This document shows positions 37,396 through 50,587 of a stretch of 64,000 nt of DNA, in pieces. Each line of letters opens with the position of its first letter. Position 1 is the first letter of the stretch. The position numbers and the translations under genes were made by a program. The stretch is taken from contig NC_135802.1 of NCBI RefSeq assembly GCF_964213995.1, forward strand, positions 75,888,001 to 75,952,000. Direction: 5' to 3'. The DNA comes from Mustelus asterias (lineage: Eukaryota). Under the pieces are notes generated by a model. The model made no database searches. It was not told the origin of the DNA and saw only the letters and a program-made list of their open reading frames with translations.

Positions 37396-37515
37396 ATAGA
37401 GATCTTACGAAAAGAAAGATCCAGACGGTGATTTGGAGTATCATGATGTATGGGAGGGAAACATAGGCCTTGAGAAAAGTGGACATAGAAAGGTGGGAAA
37501 TGTGATTCTGGGGAT
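37396..37515 (+). mobile_element. RTE-like LINE fragment
   Basis: Translates as KRKIQTVIWSIMMYGRET*ALRKVDIERWEM*FW. Confidence 0.55.
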
Positions 37516-37673
37516 GAATGACACTCAACTGAATGCAGCCTTCAAAATCTCTCACAAGTATTTGTTGCCAACGGGCCCTTGACTGGCCGCACTCACTGCA
37601 CCTGCACTCCCCTAATAAGACAGAGCTGTATATAAGCTGCAGGAATGGGCACACAGCCAGTCACACCACAGAG

Positions 37674-37890
37674 ATGTATTCCAGGAAGCCTGCCCCATGA
37701 TTCGCCGAGGCTGATCAGGACCACCTGCTCGATGCTGCGGAGAGAGACGTGAGCGGATCTTCCCCAGCCAGGGCCCTCACCCAAGGGGTGCAGCCGCCAT
37801 GGCATTGTGGGAGGAGGTGGCAGATGTGGTGAATGCCAGGAGCCTCACACCACGCTCTGGCCAGGATCCCAGTGTGCACAACAGCGAGTT
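37674..37890 (+). pseudogene. Myb/SANT-like DNA-binding gene remnant of a Harbinger transposon
   Basis: MYSRKPAP*FAEADQDHLLDAAE / RRERIFPSQG..AMALWEEVADVVNARSLTPRSG..QC, resembling the NAIF1/MSANTD-type motif; TATATAA at 37629-37635. Confidence 0.7.
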
Positions 37891-38175
37891 GTCATCATCC
37901 TTCAGCCTTCAACCAAAACTCATAACCATTGCCAGCCCAGGCATATTAACAGGTTTGGATGTTTCTGGGGCATAGAGTGGTGGGATGAGAGAGGCTGGGG
38001 AAAGGTGATGTGGTTTGAGAGCCCAGTTCAGTTTGGGGGGGGAATGGTGGCTGCATTTGCTCCTGGGGTATGGTGGATGTGTGTTGGTTGCAGCCCCTCA
38101 GTGCCCAGCCCCAGCTAGGTGAAGCGGCTGTGATTAAGGCGTCCCTCACTGCCCTTCCCTGCTGGACACCTGCCA

Positions 38176-39070
38176 TCACCGCCCGCCATCTTTCCTATGG
38201 CTCCTCATAAGGCAGGGCATCCACTCCTCCTCCTCCTTCATCTCCTCCTCCGTCTCCGCCTCCATCTTCACCTCCATCTTTGCCTCCATCTCCTCCTCCT
38301 CCTCCTCCGTCTCCTCCTCCGTCTCCTCCTCCATCTCTCCGTCTTCCCGCTGCTGGGCGATGTTGTGCAGAATGCAGCACACAACTATAATGCGTGAAGC
38401 ATGCACAGGGTCATACTGGAGGCCGCCCCCCCCCATCCCACCCCCAGAGCGGTCCAAGCAGCGGAATCGCATTTTAAGCAGGTCGATGCACCGTTCTATG
38501 ATGAACCAGGTGGCTGCATGGGCCTCGTAGCGAGTCTCTGCCTCGGTCTCTGACGTCTGCACAGGCATCATCAGCTATGACCTTAGTTGGTAACCTTTGC
38601 AATCAGCCTGGACTGGTCTTCAAAGGGGCCAGGATGTCCGACTGCCTGAGGAGAAAGCTGTCATGGACACTCCCTGGATGGCGTGCATCGACCTGCATGA
38701 TCCTCATTAGATGGTCACATACGGTCTGTACATTCAGGGAGTGGAACCCTTTCCTGTTGACAAATTGCTGCGGTCCTGCATGTGGGGCCCACAAGGCGAT
38801 GTGTGTCCCATCCACTGCTCCCTGGACATTGGGAATCCCGGCGATGGAAGCGAAGCCGAGAGCCTGAGCCTCCTGCTGTGCACGGCCCACATCAAAGTTT
38901 ATGTACTGCCCTGGCCGGGCATACAGGGCATCTGTGACCTGCCGCACACATCTGTGCACGGAGGTCTGGGAGATCCCAGCTAGGTCACCACTGGGTGCCT
39001 AAAATGACCAAATGAGAAAAAATTCATGGCAGCCGTCACCTTCACATCAACAGGGAGCGAGTGGCCTGGA
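38176..39070 (-). pseudogene. Harbinger/PIF DDE transposase (HARBI1-like), disrupted
   Basis: LPVDVKVTA..GDLAGISQTSVHRCVRQVT..GAVDGTHI..NRKGFHSLNVQ..PGSVHDS..IERCIDLLKMRFRCLD..CCILHN, with an acidic tail. TATATAAA on the minus strand at 39309-39316; TIR-like gggagaatcgggtcc ending at 39604. Confidence 0.92.
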
Positions 39071-40257
39071 GGGGAAGGCTGAGCAGGACTCCTTCAGGGA
39101 CCCTCACGCAGAGAGCTCTGAGAAAATAGACGCCCCCCCTCTCCCCCAACCCCACCCCTGGTATCACTGGTCTATGGGCCAGCACCTGAAGGCAGCAGGC
39201 GGAAGCCCACCAGGCATCTGCAGGGCCTGTCTGCAACATCCCCCGTGCTCCGCTAGCAGCACTTAACCTCCTCACGCCAGTTCCAGGCTGTCACGCCAGG
39301 TTGAGACCTTTATATATCTACTGTGATTCGCACCAAAGTGACATCATGCCAAAGAGGTGGGAGACGCTAATGTGGGCGGAGATTGCCGTGTCGATCCTGA
39401 TAATGGCATGTTAAAGTATGGTAAGTAATGCCAATCAGTGGCATGTCGGTTTTCAGCGCGGTCCCAGCGGCCCCATTTCTTTCCAGTTGGGAGAGGCGCA
39501 AGGGTCGTAGATGCTCATGGGGATTCGCGAAATGGCCGACACATGCACCTCCCCCGACCTGGTGTGCCAAAAAGTGTGCGCGTCGCGACGGGAGAATCGG
39601 GTCCTTGGTTACTCACTTACGTGTAAAAGATACTTTTCTCAAACATTGTTTGTTGCTTGATTTAGAATTAATAGCTAAATGATTGCTTAAATGAAAAGTG
39701 TTAATAGATTTGGCTATGGGATTGAGTTGACTCAGTTTTCAGTTGACAGGAATAAATTACTGTTTTTGTACCTTGCAGAAACTGTTTAAAACTTTTCCAC
39801 GTCAAAGCAAACACTATTTTTGTTTTTTCTTGCAGCAATACATTGAGTACTTTGTGATCACACTTTGAATTTGCCTAACATAGCTTTAGCAAGACAATTA
39901 TAAGAAAGTTTGTGTCTTGAAACCATTGACACAGTGAATAATGTGGAAGTTCCTGCCACGTGAGTTCTTTTACCCAGTTTCTGATTGTTCAACTTTATTT
40001 GCAATATCTAGCAAACAGTAAACAGCATTGAGGCATCAGATCTACCGTGTACCCTGCCACACCTGTTAATATTCTGAGGGCAAATTTTACAAAATTGATT
40101 TGTGACTTCCAAGTGTTTTCAAAACTCCAGGTTAAGAATCTGGAGGAGAGTCCTGGTAGGAGTAAACGTCTGAAGTATCTGGCCAGTTAGAATTCAAGAC
40201 AGATAAATATTATATTGAACCGGGATGAGGTTCCTGTTCATATTTTTCATTGAACAT

Positions 40258-40497
40258 GGGCAGGATTCCCTGGCTGTTCACGCCAGTGGGATTCTCTAGC
40301 TGTTCACGCCAGTGGGATTCTCTAGCTGTTCACGCCAGTGGGATTCTCTAGCTGTTCACGCCAGTGGGATTCTCTGGCTGTTCACGCCAGTGGGATTCTC
40401 TGATCCTGCTACAGTAAGCTGACATTTGGCTGAGGGAGAAATTCTTCATCTTCGCTTGCAGCGGCAGCAGGGCGTGAATGGCCAGAGAATTCTGGCC
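40258..40497. mobile_element. Harbinger-type MITE with TSD CAT and a 5 x 26-bp internal tandem array (40273-40402)
   Basis: cat|gggcaggattccc...gagaattctggcc|cat; unit gctgttcacgccagtgggattctcta. Confidence 0.85.
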
Positions 40498-40699
40498 CAT
40501 GCTATGGATAATTAATAGAACACATTCACTATTGTGTCACTTCAGAATCTATGAAGTGCTTTTTTCACAATCTTCACTTCCAGCCTCTGCTAGTTGCTTT
40601 CCATGGGAAAGTCCCATACTTGCAGCAGATCAGACAGAATCATTCTCCATAGAATATGGATAACCTCATTCTATATTTAACACTATAACCAATTTTAAC

Positions 40700-42355
40700 T
40701 CCCACCAAACTGCTGATTGTCCAACTTTCCCCCCTGGCCCTGACATTAGCCATTATTGTTCATGATTCACCCAGTGTTGTCCCTCTCTTCTTTTAAATCA
40801 GCCACCATCATTCCTCTGTTCAAAAACCAGCACCTGACCACAGCATTCTTGCAAACGACTATCCCATTCCCAACCTCCCTTTCCTCTCCAAAGTTCTTGA
40901 ATCTATTGCCACCTTTCAAATCCATCCCCATCTTTGCCAGAACTGTTTAAATTCTCCATTCAGATATCCCCCCCCACCCGCCACCGCCCCCCCCCCCCCC
41001 CACCCCCCGTCCACCCCACCAGAACAGATCTGATCAAAATCACAAATGGCATCATAGAAACTAGAAGCAGGAGTAGGCCATTTGGCCCTTTGAGCCTGCT
41101 CCACTATTCATTATGATCATGGCTGATCATCAAATTCAATATCCTGATCCCCCTTCCTCCCATATCCCTTGATCATTTTCACCCCAAGAGCTATGTCTAA
41201 TTTCTTCTTGAAATCACACAACTTTTTGACTTCAACTACTTTCAGTGGTAGTGAATTCCACACATTCGCCACCCTCTGGGTGAAGAAATTTCTTGTCACC
41301 TCAGTTCTAAAAGGTTTACCCCTTATCCTCAACATGTGACCCCTAGTTCTGGACTCCTCCACCATTGGGAACATCCTTTCTGAATCCACCTTGTCTAATC
41401 CTGTTAGAATTTTATAAGTTTTTATGAGATCCCCTCTCACTCTTCTAAACTCCAGTGAATGTAATCCAACCGACTTAGTCTCTCCTTGTATGACAGATGT
41501 GCCATCCCAGGAATCAGCCTGGTAATCTTCGCTGTACTCACTCTATAGCAAAGACATCCTATGTGATAGTGAGAAAGGTAAACTTTCCCTCCTCAATATT
41601 CTTGGTCTTTCTACAACCTTTAACAAGGTTGACCAAACTATTCTTCTCTAATGCCTCTCTATTCCTATCCATCTGTGTGGGACTGCACTCAACAGGTTGC
41701 ATAAATATCGATCCAATCATAGCCAGAGAATCTCTTGCAGTGGCTCCATTTTCTGCTCCTGCACAGTTACCTTTGATTTCCCCCAAGATTTCATTCTTGG
41801 CCCTTTCCTATTTCTCATCTAAATGTGGCTCCTTGCTAACATCATCCAAAAGCGCATATTTTTCACATATACGTTCCACTTCATGTCCACCACCTCTCCT
41901 CCACTGTTGCTGAACTATCAGACTGCTTACCCAACATCCAGCACTGGATGAACACAAATTTCCTCTCATTAAATATTGGAAAGACCGAAGCCATCATTTA
42001 TGATCCCTGCTTCAAATCCGTACCTTAATGACTTACCTTCTCCCTGGCAACAGTCAGAGATTAAACTAGTCAATTTGCAACATCAGCACCGCGCTTGATC
42101 CTGAGATGAGCTTCTGAACTCATAATCATGACTTCACTCAGCTCGCCTATTTCTACTGTGAAATGGCCCAATTTTGCCCCTGTCTCACCTCATCAGTTGC
42201 TGAAACCTTCATTCATGCCATTATTACTTTCAGATTCGATTATTTCAATGTTCTTCTTGGTGGGTTCTGCATTCTCAGTAAACATGAGATCATCCAAAAC
42301 TCTGCTGCCCGTGCCTTAACTCATACCAGGTCTCGTTTACTTATTACCCTGTTGT
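40700..42355 (+). mobile_element. L2 LINE remnant interrupted by a CR1 3' fragment (41053-41538, minus strand)
   Basis: FKSATIIPLFK; AETFIHAIITFRFDYFN..IQNSAARALT; CR1 ORF 41117-41440 MRGDLIKTYKIL. Confidence 0.75.
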
Positions 42356-44574
42356 AATGTAGTCATATATTACAAGAATGTCCAGTGCATGAAGATATCA
42401 TTAAATTATATTATACTGAGCCTCATTGTTCCTTAAAACTTGCAGCTGCACTCAGTCAAATAGGTTGCCGCAGAGTCCTAGGCCTGGATTTTCATCCTTG
42501 AGGAGTTGAGAAAATTTCAAGATCTAAAAGCAGAGGATCCTCTCTCTCTCTCTGAGATCCAATGCGTCAGGTGGCTCAGGCTTCCACCATATTCTCCTGG
42601 AACAAGATGCCCTTCCCAGTGGAGCTAATGGACATGCACTGTCACTGTCCATTAAGGTGCTTCGCCAGTTCTCCCAATCACCACAACCAGCAACCCCCTG
42701 CCCCACTGTTCTTTGCTTCTGCCTGAAGTTGTGCGCACTCTTCTCTTGCAGGGAATATGAATTTGTGGAGAGAAGGAAAGTGGAAGGTTTGTGAAGGGTA
42801 ACTGCGAGGCCTGGCAGTGAGATATTAATAAGATAAGGGTGCATTTTGGCTACTGATGGGGATGTGAAGAGGAGCCTGGAAGAGAGACGGAGGAGGAGGA
42901 GGGGGGACGGGTAGTGTTTTGATGATCTTGTGCTTGGAGTGATGGGGGTACAAGCCCAGCACAGCAAACACTTGGACTATCCTTGGTGTGACCCAGAAGG
43001 GACCCAGCGCTCTCCTCCTGATCCTACTAAGAAAGGCTCTTTCTTCAGCTACCTTCAGTCACTTTGCCGTCTTTCCAAGAACTTCATCTGGAAGAGGTAT
43101 CTGTGGTATAGGTACTCTGTTCAGGAATGGACTAAAATACTATTGATGTTGCCTGAAACCCCAGCCTTCATTTATTAATGAGGCTCCTGCCAAAGTCCAG
43201 CAGTATTAGACTGGGCAATCAGAGGGAACTGAATGTGTAATGAGCCGCTCCATGTTAACTGCTTCCCTGCACCTTTCCTGCTGATTGGGGAGAATTAAAA
43301 TTCCCCCTCATTACTCTGGAATTGTTGCAATCCTGGTTATTCTGTCTCATATAATCTGTTGCATTTAATTTATCAAATTGATTCACTTCATGATTTTGCC
43401 GGAGGATTTGTTTCATGATAATTTAAACAGAACATGTTTTTTTAATTGACTATAATTTCAGTGTGACTAAATTTAATTAGTTTTGGAATAGAACTGCAAA
43501 TCCCCATTTGGATGTATTGTTGTTTATGAATAAAATGGAACAATTTGTAAATTCTTCCTCTTATTTCTGTTTCCTTGAATGCTGTAAGAAAGGATTTAAC
43601 ATTGTTGTTAATAGTTCTCTCCTCAGGCACTTTCATTGGCTCTTTCGAATCTGCTATCAACATCACTCTCCTCAAACAAACAACTCTCATCCCCTTCATC
43701 CTTGCAAACCTCCCTTATCTCTACAAAGCTCTTGAATGTATTGCTGCCTCCTAAATCTGTGCTTGCTCTTCCTGGAGCTCCATGTGTGAATCTGTCCAGT
43801 CAGGTTTCTGCCGCTGCCACATCACCGAAACAACTCTTATCAAAGCTGTGGAAAACATACTAGGTGACGGTGACAAAGAGAGACCATTCCTCCTTATCCT
43901 TCTCAACCTACCTGCAGCCTTTGGTTTGTTGACCACATTATCCTCCTCCTAAGCTTCTCCACGATTATTAAGGTGGGTGGAACAACAGTCACCTCAAAGA
44001 ATCACTTACAGTGGCTTATTTTCACTCTCCCACACAATTACCTCTGGCATTTCTGAAGGGTCTATCTTCAGGTCACTTCTATTTTGATTTATTTTTTTCA
44101 TTGGATGTCAGTAGCACTGGCTCAGCCAGCATTTATTGTCCATCCCTAATTGCCTTGAGAAGGTGGTGGTGAGACACCCTCTTGAACTGCTGCAGTCCAT
44201 TTAAGAAGCTATTGGATAGGCACATGGAGTACTTCGGGATGATAGGGAGGAAATAACTTGATCTGGGTTTCAGACAAAGCTCGGCACAACATCGTGGGCC
44301 GAAGGGCCTGTTCTGTGCTGTACTGTTCTATGTTCTATGTTCTATTCCATGTGGTGTACGTGCACCCACACTGTTGTTAGGAAGGGAATTTCAGGAGTTT
44401 GACACAGTGACAGTGAAGGAACAGCGATATATTTCAAAATCAGGATGGTGAGTATCATGGAGGGGAACCTGCAGGTGGTGGTGTTCCCTTGCATCTACTG
44501 CCCTTGTCCTTCTAGATGTTAGGAAAGTGCTGTTGAAGGAATCTTGGTGAGCTGATGCAATGCATCTTGTAGAT

Positions 44575-45820
44575 GCTACATATTGCTGTCTTTATATGCA
44601 GTAAGCTGCTCAGAATGCCATTCAGTACACTGGATCCCACAGCTACCTTGACTATGCTTCCTCATGCTCTGCTTCCTGTAGAGACTCCATTATCTGTTGT
44701 GATGATGCCCACTTCCACAGCTGATATGTCTTCCTCTTTGCTTAACCCATGGTTCGCCCACACCTTGGTTGATGGTGCCCTTGGCCATGTCTGTTCCATT
44801 TCCCACACTACTGTGCAATTCCTCTCCCTCCCAGAGCATGATAGGGTTCCCCTGGTTGTCACCTTCCACCCCAACAATTTCTGTATTTAATGGATCATAC
44901 ACCACCATTTCTGTCCAGCATGATGGCACCCCACCAAACACATCTTCACTTCCCATTTCAGCAGTCCCAAAGGATCGTTTCCTTCATGATACTCTAGTCC
45001 ACTCCGCAATCACACCCAACATCCCAAACTTTTCCCATGACACCTTTCCATGGAAACTCAGGAGAAGTAACACCTACCCTTTTACCAATTTGTTCGTGAG
45101 ACATAGGCAACACTAGCTGCTGAGCATTTATTGCCCATCCCTAGTCGTTCTTGAACTGAGTGGCTTGCTAGGCCATTTCAGAGGGCAGTTGAGAGTTAAC
45201 CACATTGCTGTGGCTCTGGAGTCATATGTAGGCCACGCAAGGTAAGGACAGCAGATTTCCTTCCCTAAAGGACATTGGTGAACCAGATGGGTTTTTCCAA
45301 CAATCGACAATGATTTCATCAATTGTCATCAGTAGATTCTTAATTCCAGATATTTTTAATTGAATTCAAATTCCACCATCCGCAGTGGTGGGATTCGAAC
45401 CTGGGTCCCCAAAACATGAGCTGAGTTTCTGGATGAATAGTCTTGTGACAATACCACTCGACCATTGCCTCCCGCAAAGTCCAAAGTCCCAAATACTCCT
45501 TACAAGTGAAACAGTGACATTTGTGTCCTTCTTTCCATTTATTATGCTGTATTTGCTGCTCACAATGTGACCTACTCTTTACCCCATAGACAAAATGCAA
45601 ATTAGGTGACTGCTTTGCAGAACACCTCTGATCAATCTGCAAGCATGACCCTGAGCTTCCAGTTGCCTATCATTTTAATTCTTCAGCTTGTTCTCACACT
45701 GTCCCCTCTGTCCTTGGCATTGTTCCAATGAAGCTTGACTTAAGTTCAAGGAACAGCATGTCATCTTTTGATTAGGCAAGCTACAGCCTTCTGGACTCAA
45801 CATCGAATTCAACAACTACA
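44575..45820 (+). mobile_element. Decayed PLE (thumb/GIY-YIG region) with nested SINE
   Basis: DRVPLVVTFHP; C-terminal EQHVIF*LGKLQPSGLNIEFNN. Confidence 0.7.
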
Positions 45821-47519
45821 ATTTCTACCCCATTTGCAGAGATAGATTTACAGTGAAACGCACCATGCTAAGGCACAGGGCCCTGACCAATGTGGTCACT
45901 GGGCATCCAATCAGAGCCGTATTACTCTGCATTTGCTGGTAGGCTCAACAAATACAGATGAGCCTCTCAACAGACAATGCAGAGCAACATCAGACCCTGA
46001 CTGATGAGTCAGGAAGAGTGACAAAGCCACTATGAGGTGGAGTCAGCCGCTAAGTGAGGGGAGCAGGAAAGGTGAACAGGCGACTCGACCTGGGGCTCAG
46101 GGCGGGCCAGCAACAGTGAGGTGCAACACCCCAAATCAAGCCTTAGCCACGAGGGGAAGATAGGTGAGGCAAGTGAGGTGAGTGAGATTGGGAGAATGTG
46201 AGGGCTGGGGGGAGACTGAGGGGATGAAGTGGGGGAAGAGTGTGATGGGAGGAGAGTGTGTGAGGGGGTTAGTGGGGGAAGAGTGTGATGGGAGGAGAGT
46301 GTGTGAGGGGGTTAGTGAGGGCCTTCATGAATAAACTCAGCCAGTACGTGATTTGAACTCACGCTGTTGCTGTCCCTCGACATCAATGCACCAGCCATCT
46401 AGTCAACTGAGTTAACTGACTCCCCTTCATTAGGTATCCCACAATATGTGTACGCTATATCCTCGAAGCACACTTTCAAGCACTCAGCTTGTTCATTGGA
46501 TACTATTTTGTGATTGAATAGTTGAGAATAGAGGAGGTAAAATTCAGCAAATACCTCTTCCTGTTTAATGGGGGATGTAGGATCACCAAAATTGGAGCCT
46601 TTTGATCGGACAAACTTTTGGAGAATAGAAGATTGAAAAAATTCACTACATGTTTGGCAGTGTCATTAATTGTACTACCAAAATGTTTTTGCTTATGTGA
46701 CTTTACAACACGGGCAAAAAAGTTGGTTCTCTCAGTTGACTGGATAGCTGCAGAGCGATGCCAACAGTGTGAGTTCAATTCCTGTACTGGCTGAGGTTAT
46801 TCACCTTCTCACGTCTCACTTGAGGTGTGGTGATCCTCAGGCTAAAACACCACCGCCGGAACTCTACCGCTTCGCTTGCCACGGAATTGGAGCGGCGAGG
46901 GGCGGACAACAGAAATGTCTGTTGACCTCGGGCGGAAATTTCTGGTCTCGCTCGAGCGAGATTTACCACATGAATCACCCATTCACCATGTTTGTTTGCT
47001 CCTCAAAAAGTGTTTTCAGCTGTGATTTGCTGCAGGATCACAGGGAGATATAAATTATATTTCTTTATTTTTGTTTGTGGCGTGCAATATAATACAGGTT
47101 TCAAACTGCAAGAGAACAGGGGAACAAGTTTTCTATTATATCCCACTGTCTCTGGCTGTGAGTAAAGGAACACTTGCAGCAGAGAAAGCAAGGCTATGAG
47201 GGGCAATGTGGTATTTTCTACCAGTATATTGCAAATGGTGGAGCTGTGAATTCTGCTTCCTGCAGTGCCCTGTTGCTTGGTGTAACTGCCTCCAGTTACC
47301 TTGGTTGGCCGAGAGAATACATTGAACCTATTATGGATTGACTAGCTTGGAAAGAAAGGAAAAAGAAAAAGAGAAAGAAAGGAAGAGAGAAAGATTGATT
47401 CCCACTTTGGATATAATTAGCAAGAACAAAACACAGTGAAATTGGATGTAATCTTGCAGCATGGCTTGGTAACAGCAGGGGTCAGTGTTAACATCCCTGC
47501 TCTTCCAGATGAATATTTA

Positions 47520-48470
47520 TGAACTGGACTTGGGTACAAGGCACAATTTCAAAATGTGTGGATGACACAAAACTTGTAAATATTATGAACTGTAATAAGG
47601 ATATTAATAAACTTCAAGAAGACATAGACAGGGTTGGTGGAATGGGCAGACAAGTGGCAGATAAAATTTGTTGCAGAGAAGTTTGAAGTGATTCATTTTA
47701 GCAGGAAGAATCAGGGTAGTCTATATAAAAGAAAGGGTACAATTCTAAAGGGGCTACAGAAGCATTCGGGACCGGGGTATGTGCACACAAATCATTGAAA
47801 ATGCCAATGGAGGTTGAGAAGGTGATTAATAATAAAGCAAATGGGATCCTGGGTTTGGTAAGTTGGGCCATAGAATACAAAGGAAGAAAAGTTATGACAA
47901 GACTGTATGAAACACTGGTTCGGCCTCACCTGGACACTACAAATTCGGAAGGATGTGGAGGCATTAGAGACAGTGCAGAAAAGAATCACTAGATTGATTC
48001 CAGGGATGAAGAGCTTCAATTATATGGATAGATTGGAGAAGCTGGGACTGTTTTCCTTGGAGAAGCTGGGATTGTTTTCCTTGGAGAAGCTGGGACTGTT
48101 TTCCTTGGAGAAGAGGTGGTTGAGAGGAAATTTGATAGAGCCGCTCAGAACCATGAGAGGTCTGGAAAGAGGAGAGAGGGAGAAATTGTTCCTGTTGGCA
48201 GAAGGATTGAGAACCAGGGGACACCAATTTAAGGTAAATGGTGAAAGAAGCAATGACCACATGAGGAAAATGTTATTATGCACTAAGTGGTTAGGATCCA
48301 AAATGCATTATTTGAGACTGTGATGGAGGCAGATTCAATAATGGTTTTCCAAATAGATTTGGACAAGAGAAAAGAATTACAGGTTTTCAAGATAAAAATG
48401 GGATTAGATGAGTCGCTCTTGTCGAGTCAACATGGAAATTACAAGCACAAAGGCCTCTTTCTACACTGTA
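47520..48470 (+). mobile_element. Old CR1 3' fragment with an in-frame 24-bp triplication (LEKLGLFS x3, 48033-48113)
   Basis: ORFs 47795-47992 and 47907-48323. Confidence 0.85.
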
Positions 48471-48779
48471 ATCAGCCAATGATCCAAGAAAGTAGGAGAT
48501 ACATAGTGTTAATAAAGGGAAAAGCAGGATATCACCAGTAGTCTTCTCCATCATTATGCTTGGCATGGCCATTGCCTTCTGAACTATGATCAGAAATCTC
48601 TCCCACTCTTATCACCCTGCCATCAGGTGTAACGAAAGGATTTATAGGTTGATAACCAACTTGTTTGCCACATTATGACCATGTCTTCCATAGTCATTAA
48701 GCTCTGAAGTGGGACTTGATCCTGAATTTTCTGGCCCAGAGGTATGGACACCACTACTGCACCACAACCTTGAAACAAT

Positions 48780-49808
48780 AGTGGAATTTTATCCAAAAAT
48801 TTCTAAGGTGGCGATCTTACCAAAAAACTTAAGTGCTGAATGAGCAAGAAAACAGGAGAGTTTCAGACTCATTTTTTGGGTGAGTTAGAAAAAGCAATCT
48901 TATGGCACTCAGTCAAAACAAAGTGCAAGGATGCCATTCTTGGCAGTAGGAGATGGGGCGGAGCCTAATCTCATTGGTAAAGCTGGCTGTTGAGCTCTTG
49001 AGGCACCATTGTGCAGGCGCCCTGATATGTGTACACAGTGTACTGAGAGATCTCTTGTCACTCCCCCGCCATGGACATCGAGACCTGCTGCTGATCACTC
49101 CCTGTGCCAGGCTTCCCTCCTTCCAACTCCAACCTCCCCCCTCACCCCGGAACCATTGGTGGGGACCATGCATGATCCTCACTAGTGAGGACTTTAACCA
49201 GCAAGCAGGTAAGCAGGTAAGAACAAGTGAGACTAGATGATGGCGCCTGGGACTCATTAATGACATGGTAATGATGTCATAAATATTTAAATCTTCTTCG
49301 CGCCCTTTCTGAGCACAAAGCCAATTTCGCCGGCAAAACAGGGCCAGTAAGATCGCGAGAAGTGAAAAACTGGACGCGATCCTGATTTTCGTCCTCTCGC
49401 CCGATCTTACCGGCTCACCACACCGGCTGACTGATGGGGCGAGCTGGTAAGATCACCCCCTAAAGTGTCATCACCACGAGAAAACTGGAGCAATTTGTGC
49501 TGGTCTCTCAGGCATTGCGATCTTCCAACACTTAGTGCACTGAAAGAGCACGTGGAACACGTCGTCATGGAGGCTCCAGATGCTTAACATGCCCCAAGTG
49601 GCCGCAGTTGTGCATTTAAACACTAACAAAGCACCCACGGTCAGTCACTCCCGAAAGTGCATGAAGTGGTTTGTGCCATTCGCAAAGGGCCGGGAGGATC
49701 ACAAACCGTCTGGCACTGGACACAAATCGGATTTTTAGCCTCGCACGCTATTTTCCTGACTCACTGCCATTTGCGCAGGGTGTAGTGAGGTGGTAAAACA
49801 CCACCCCA
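48780..49808. mobile_element. Harbinger-like non-autonomous element(s)
   Basis: TIR-like gtggaattttatcc, ggtaagatcacccc and ggtaaaacaccacccc; CpG-rich subterminal region. Confidence 0.45.
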
Positions 49809-50587
49809 TTATTGTTGCTCAATTATCAGACTGCTTATCCAACTTCCAGTATTGAATAAGCAGACATTCTCTTCAATTAAATATCGCACTCCAGATGTAT
49901 TTAATTGAGACCTGAGAAAAAGCTTAGAATGGTCTTCAGGCACTTCTGTTCTGGTATCCTGTCCGTGTGAGGTCATTGGAATTGTACTCAGTCACAGGCT
50001 CCAAACAAATTTAGGCCATAATGTGATTTTAAAATGCTATATAGATTTTATTTGCTAATTCAATACAGCTGGAACTGAAAATAATACAGAACATTCATAA
50101 AATCAAAGAAAGATTGTCTAAAAGGTGAAATGCCGATGTAACCTTAGCTATAAATAGCATCAAGTTCTAAAACACTCCAAGCAGCTGCTTGCTATTAGGT
50201 GTCATTTTGTACTGTTTAATTATTTTGGACTTCTGGTTTTCTGCCTTGAGAAGCTAATAACCAAATGTTCATGGTGAAATGTTGTATCCACCCACGTCCT
50301 GACCTGAACATAGTCATGCGTAGTTTGTGTCTTCTCAATAGACAGGGTTCGCATAAACAGTTATCTATTATAATTGTAGGACACATATTGTTTACAGCAG
50401 GACTTACCTTAAAGGTTTGATTGAGCTCACTAATTCTGGTGAATTTTTTATTGCTCATCAATTTATATTGAAACTTATTTTGTTTAACCTGCCTTACAAA
50501 TATCAACAATAAAAAAACTGGAGTTTCCTTTGTAGTCCCATTTGACTAAAATTGACATACATAGCAGAAAACAGAGCTATTAGTGGA

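Noticed and set aside
38176-38959. Domesticated host gene HARBI1
   Set aside because: Contains stops and frameshifts, and has a convergent Myb partner and a TIR, indicating a transposon copy.
40273-40402. CRISPR-like array
   Set aside because: Units are contiguous with no unique spacers, the context is eukaryotic, and there are no cas genes.
46228-46316. 43-bp tandem duplication and poly-G/C runs (e.g. 19866-19891, 54212-54278)
   Set aside because: Ordinary slippage or low-complexity sequence; homopolymer lengths may be sequencing artefacts.
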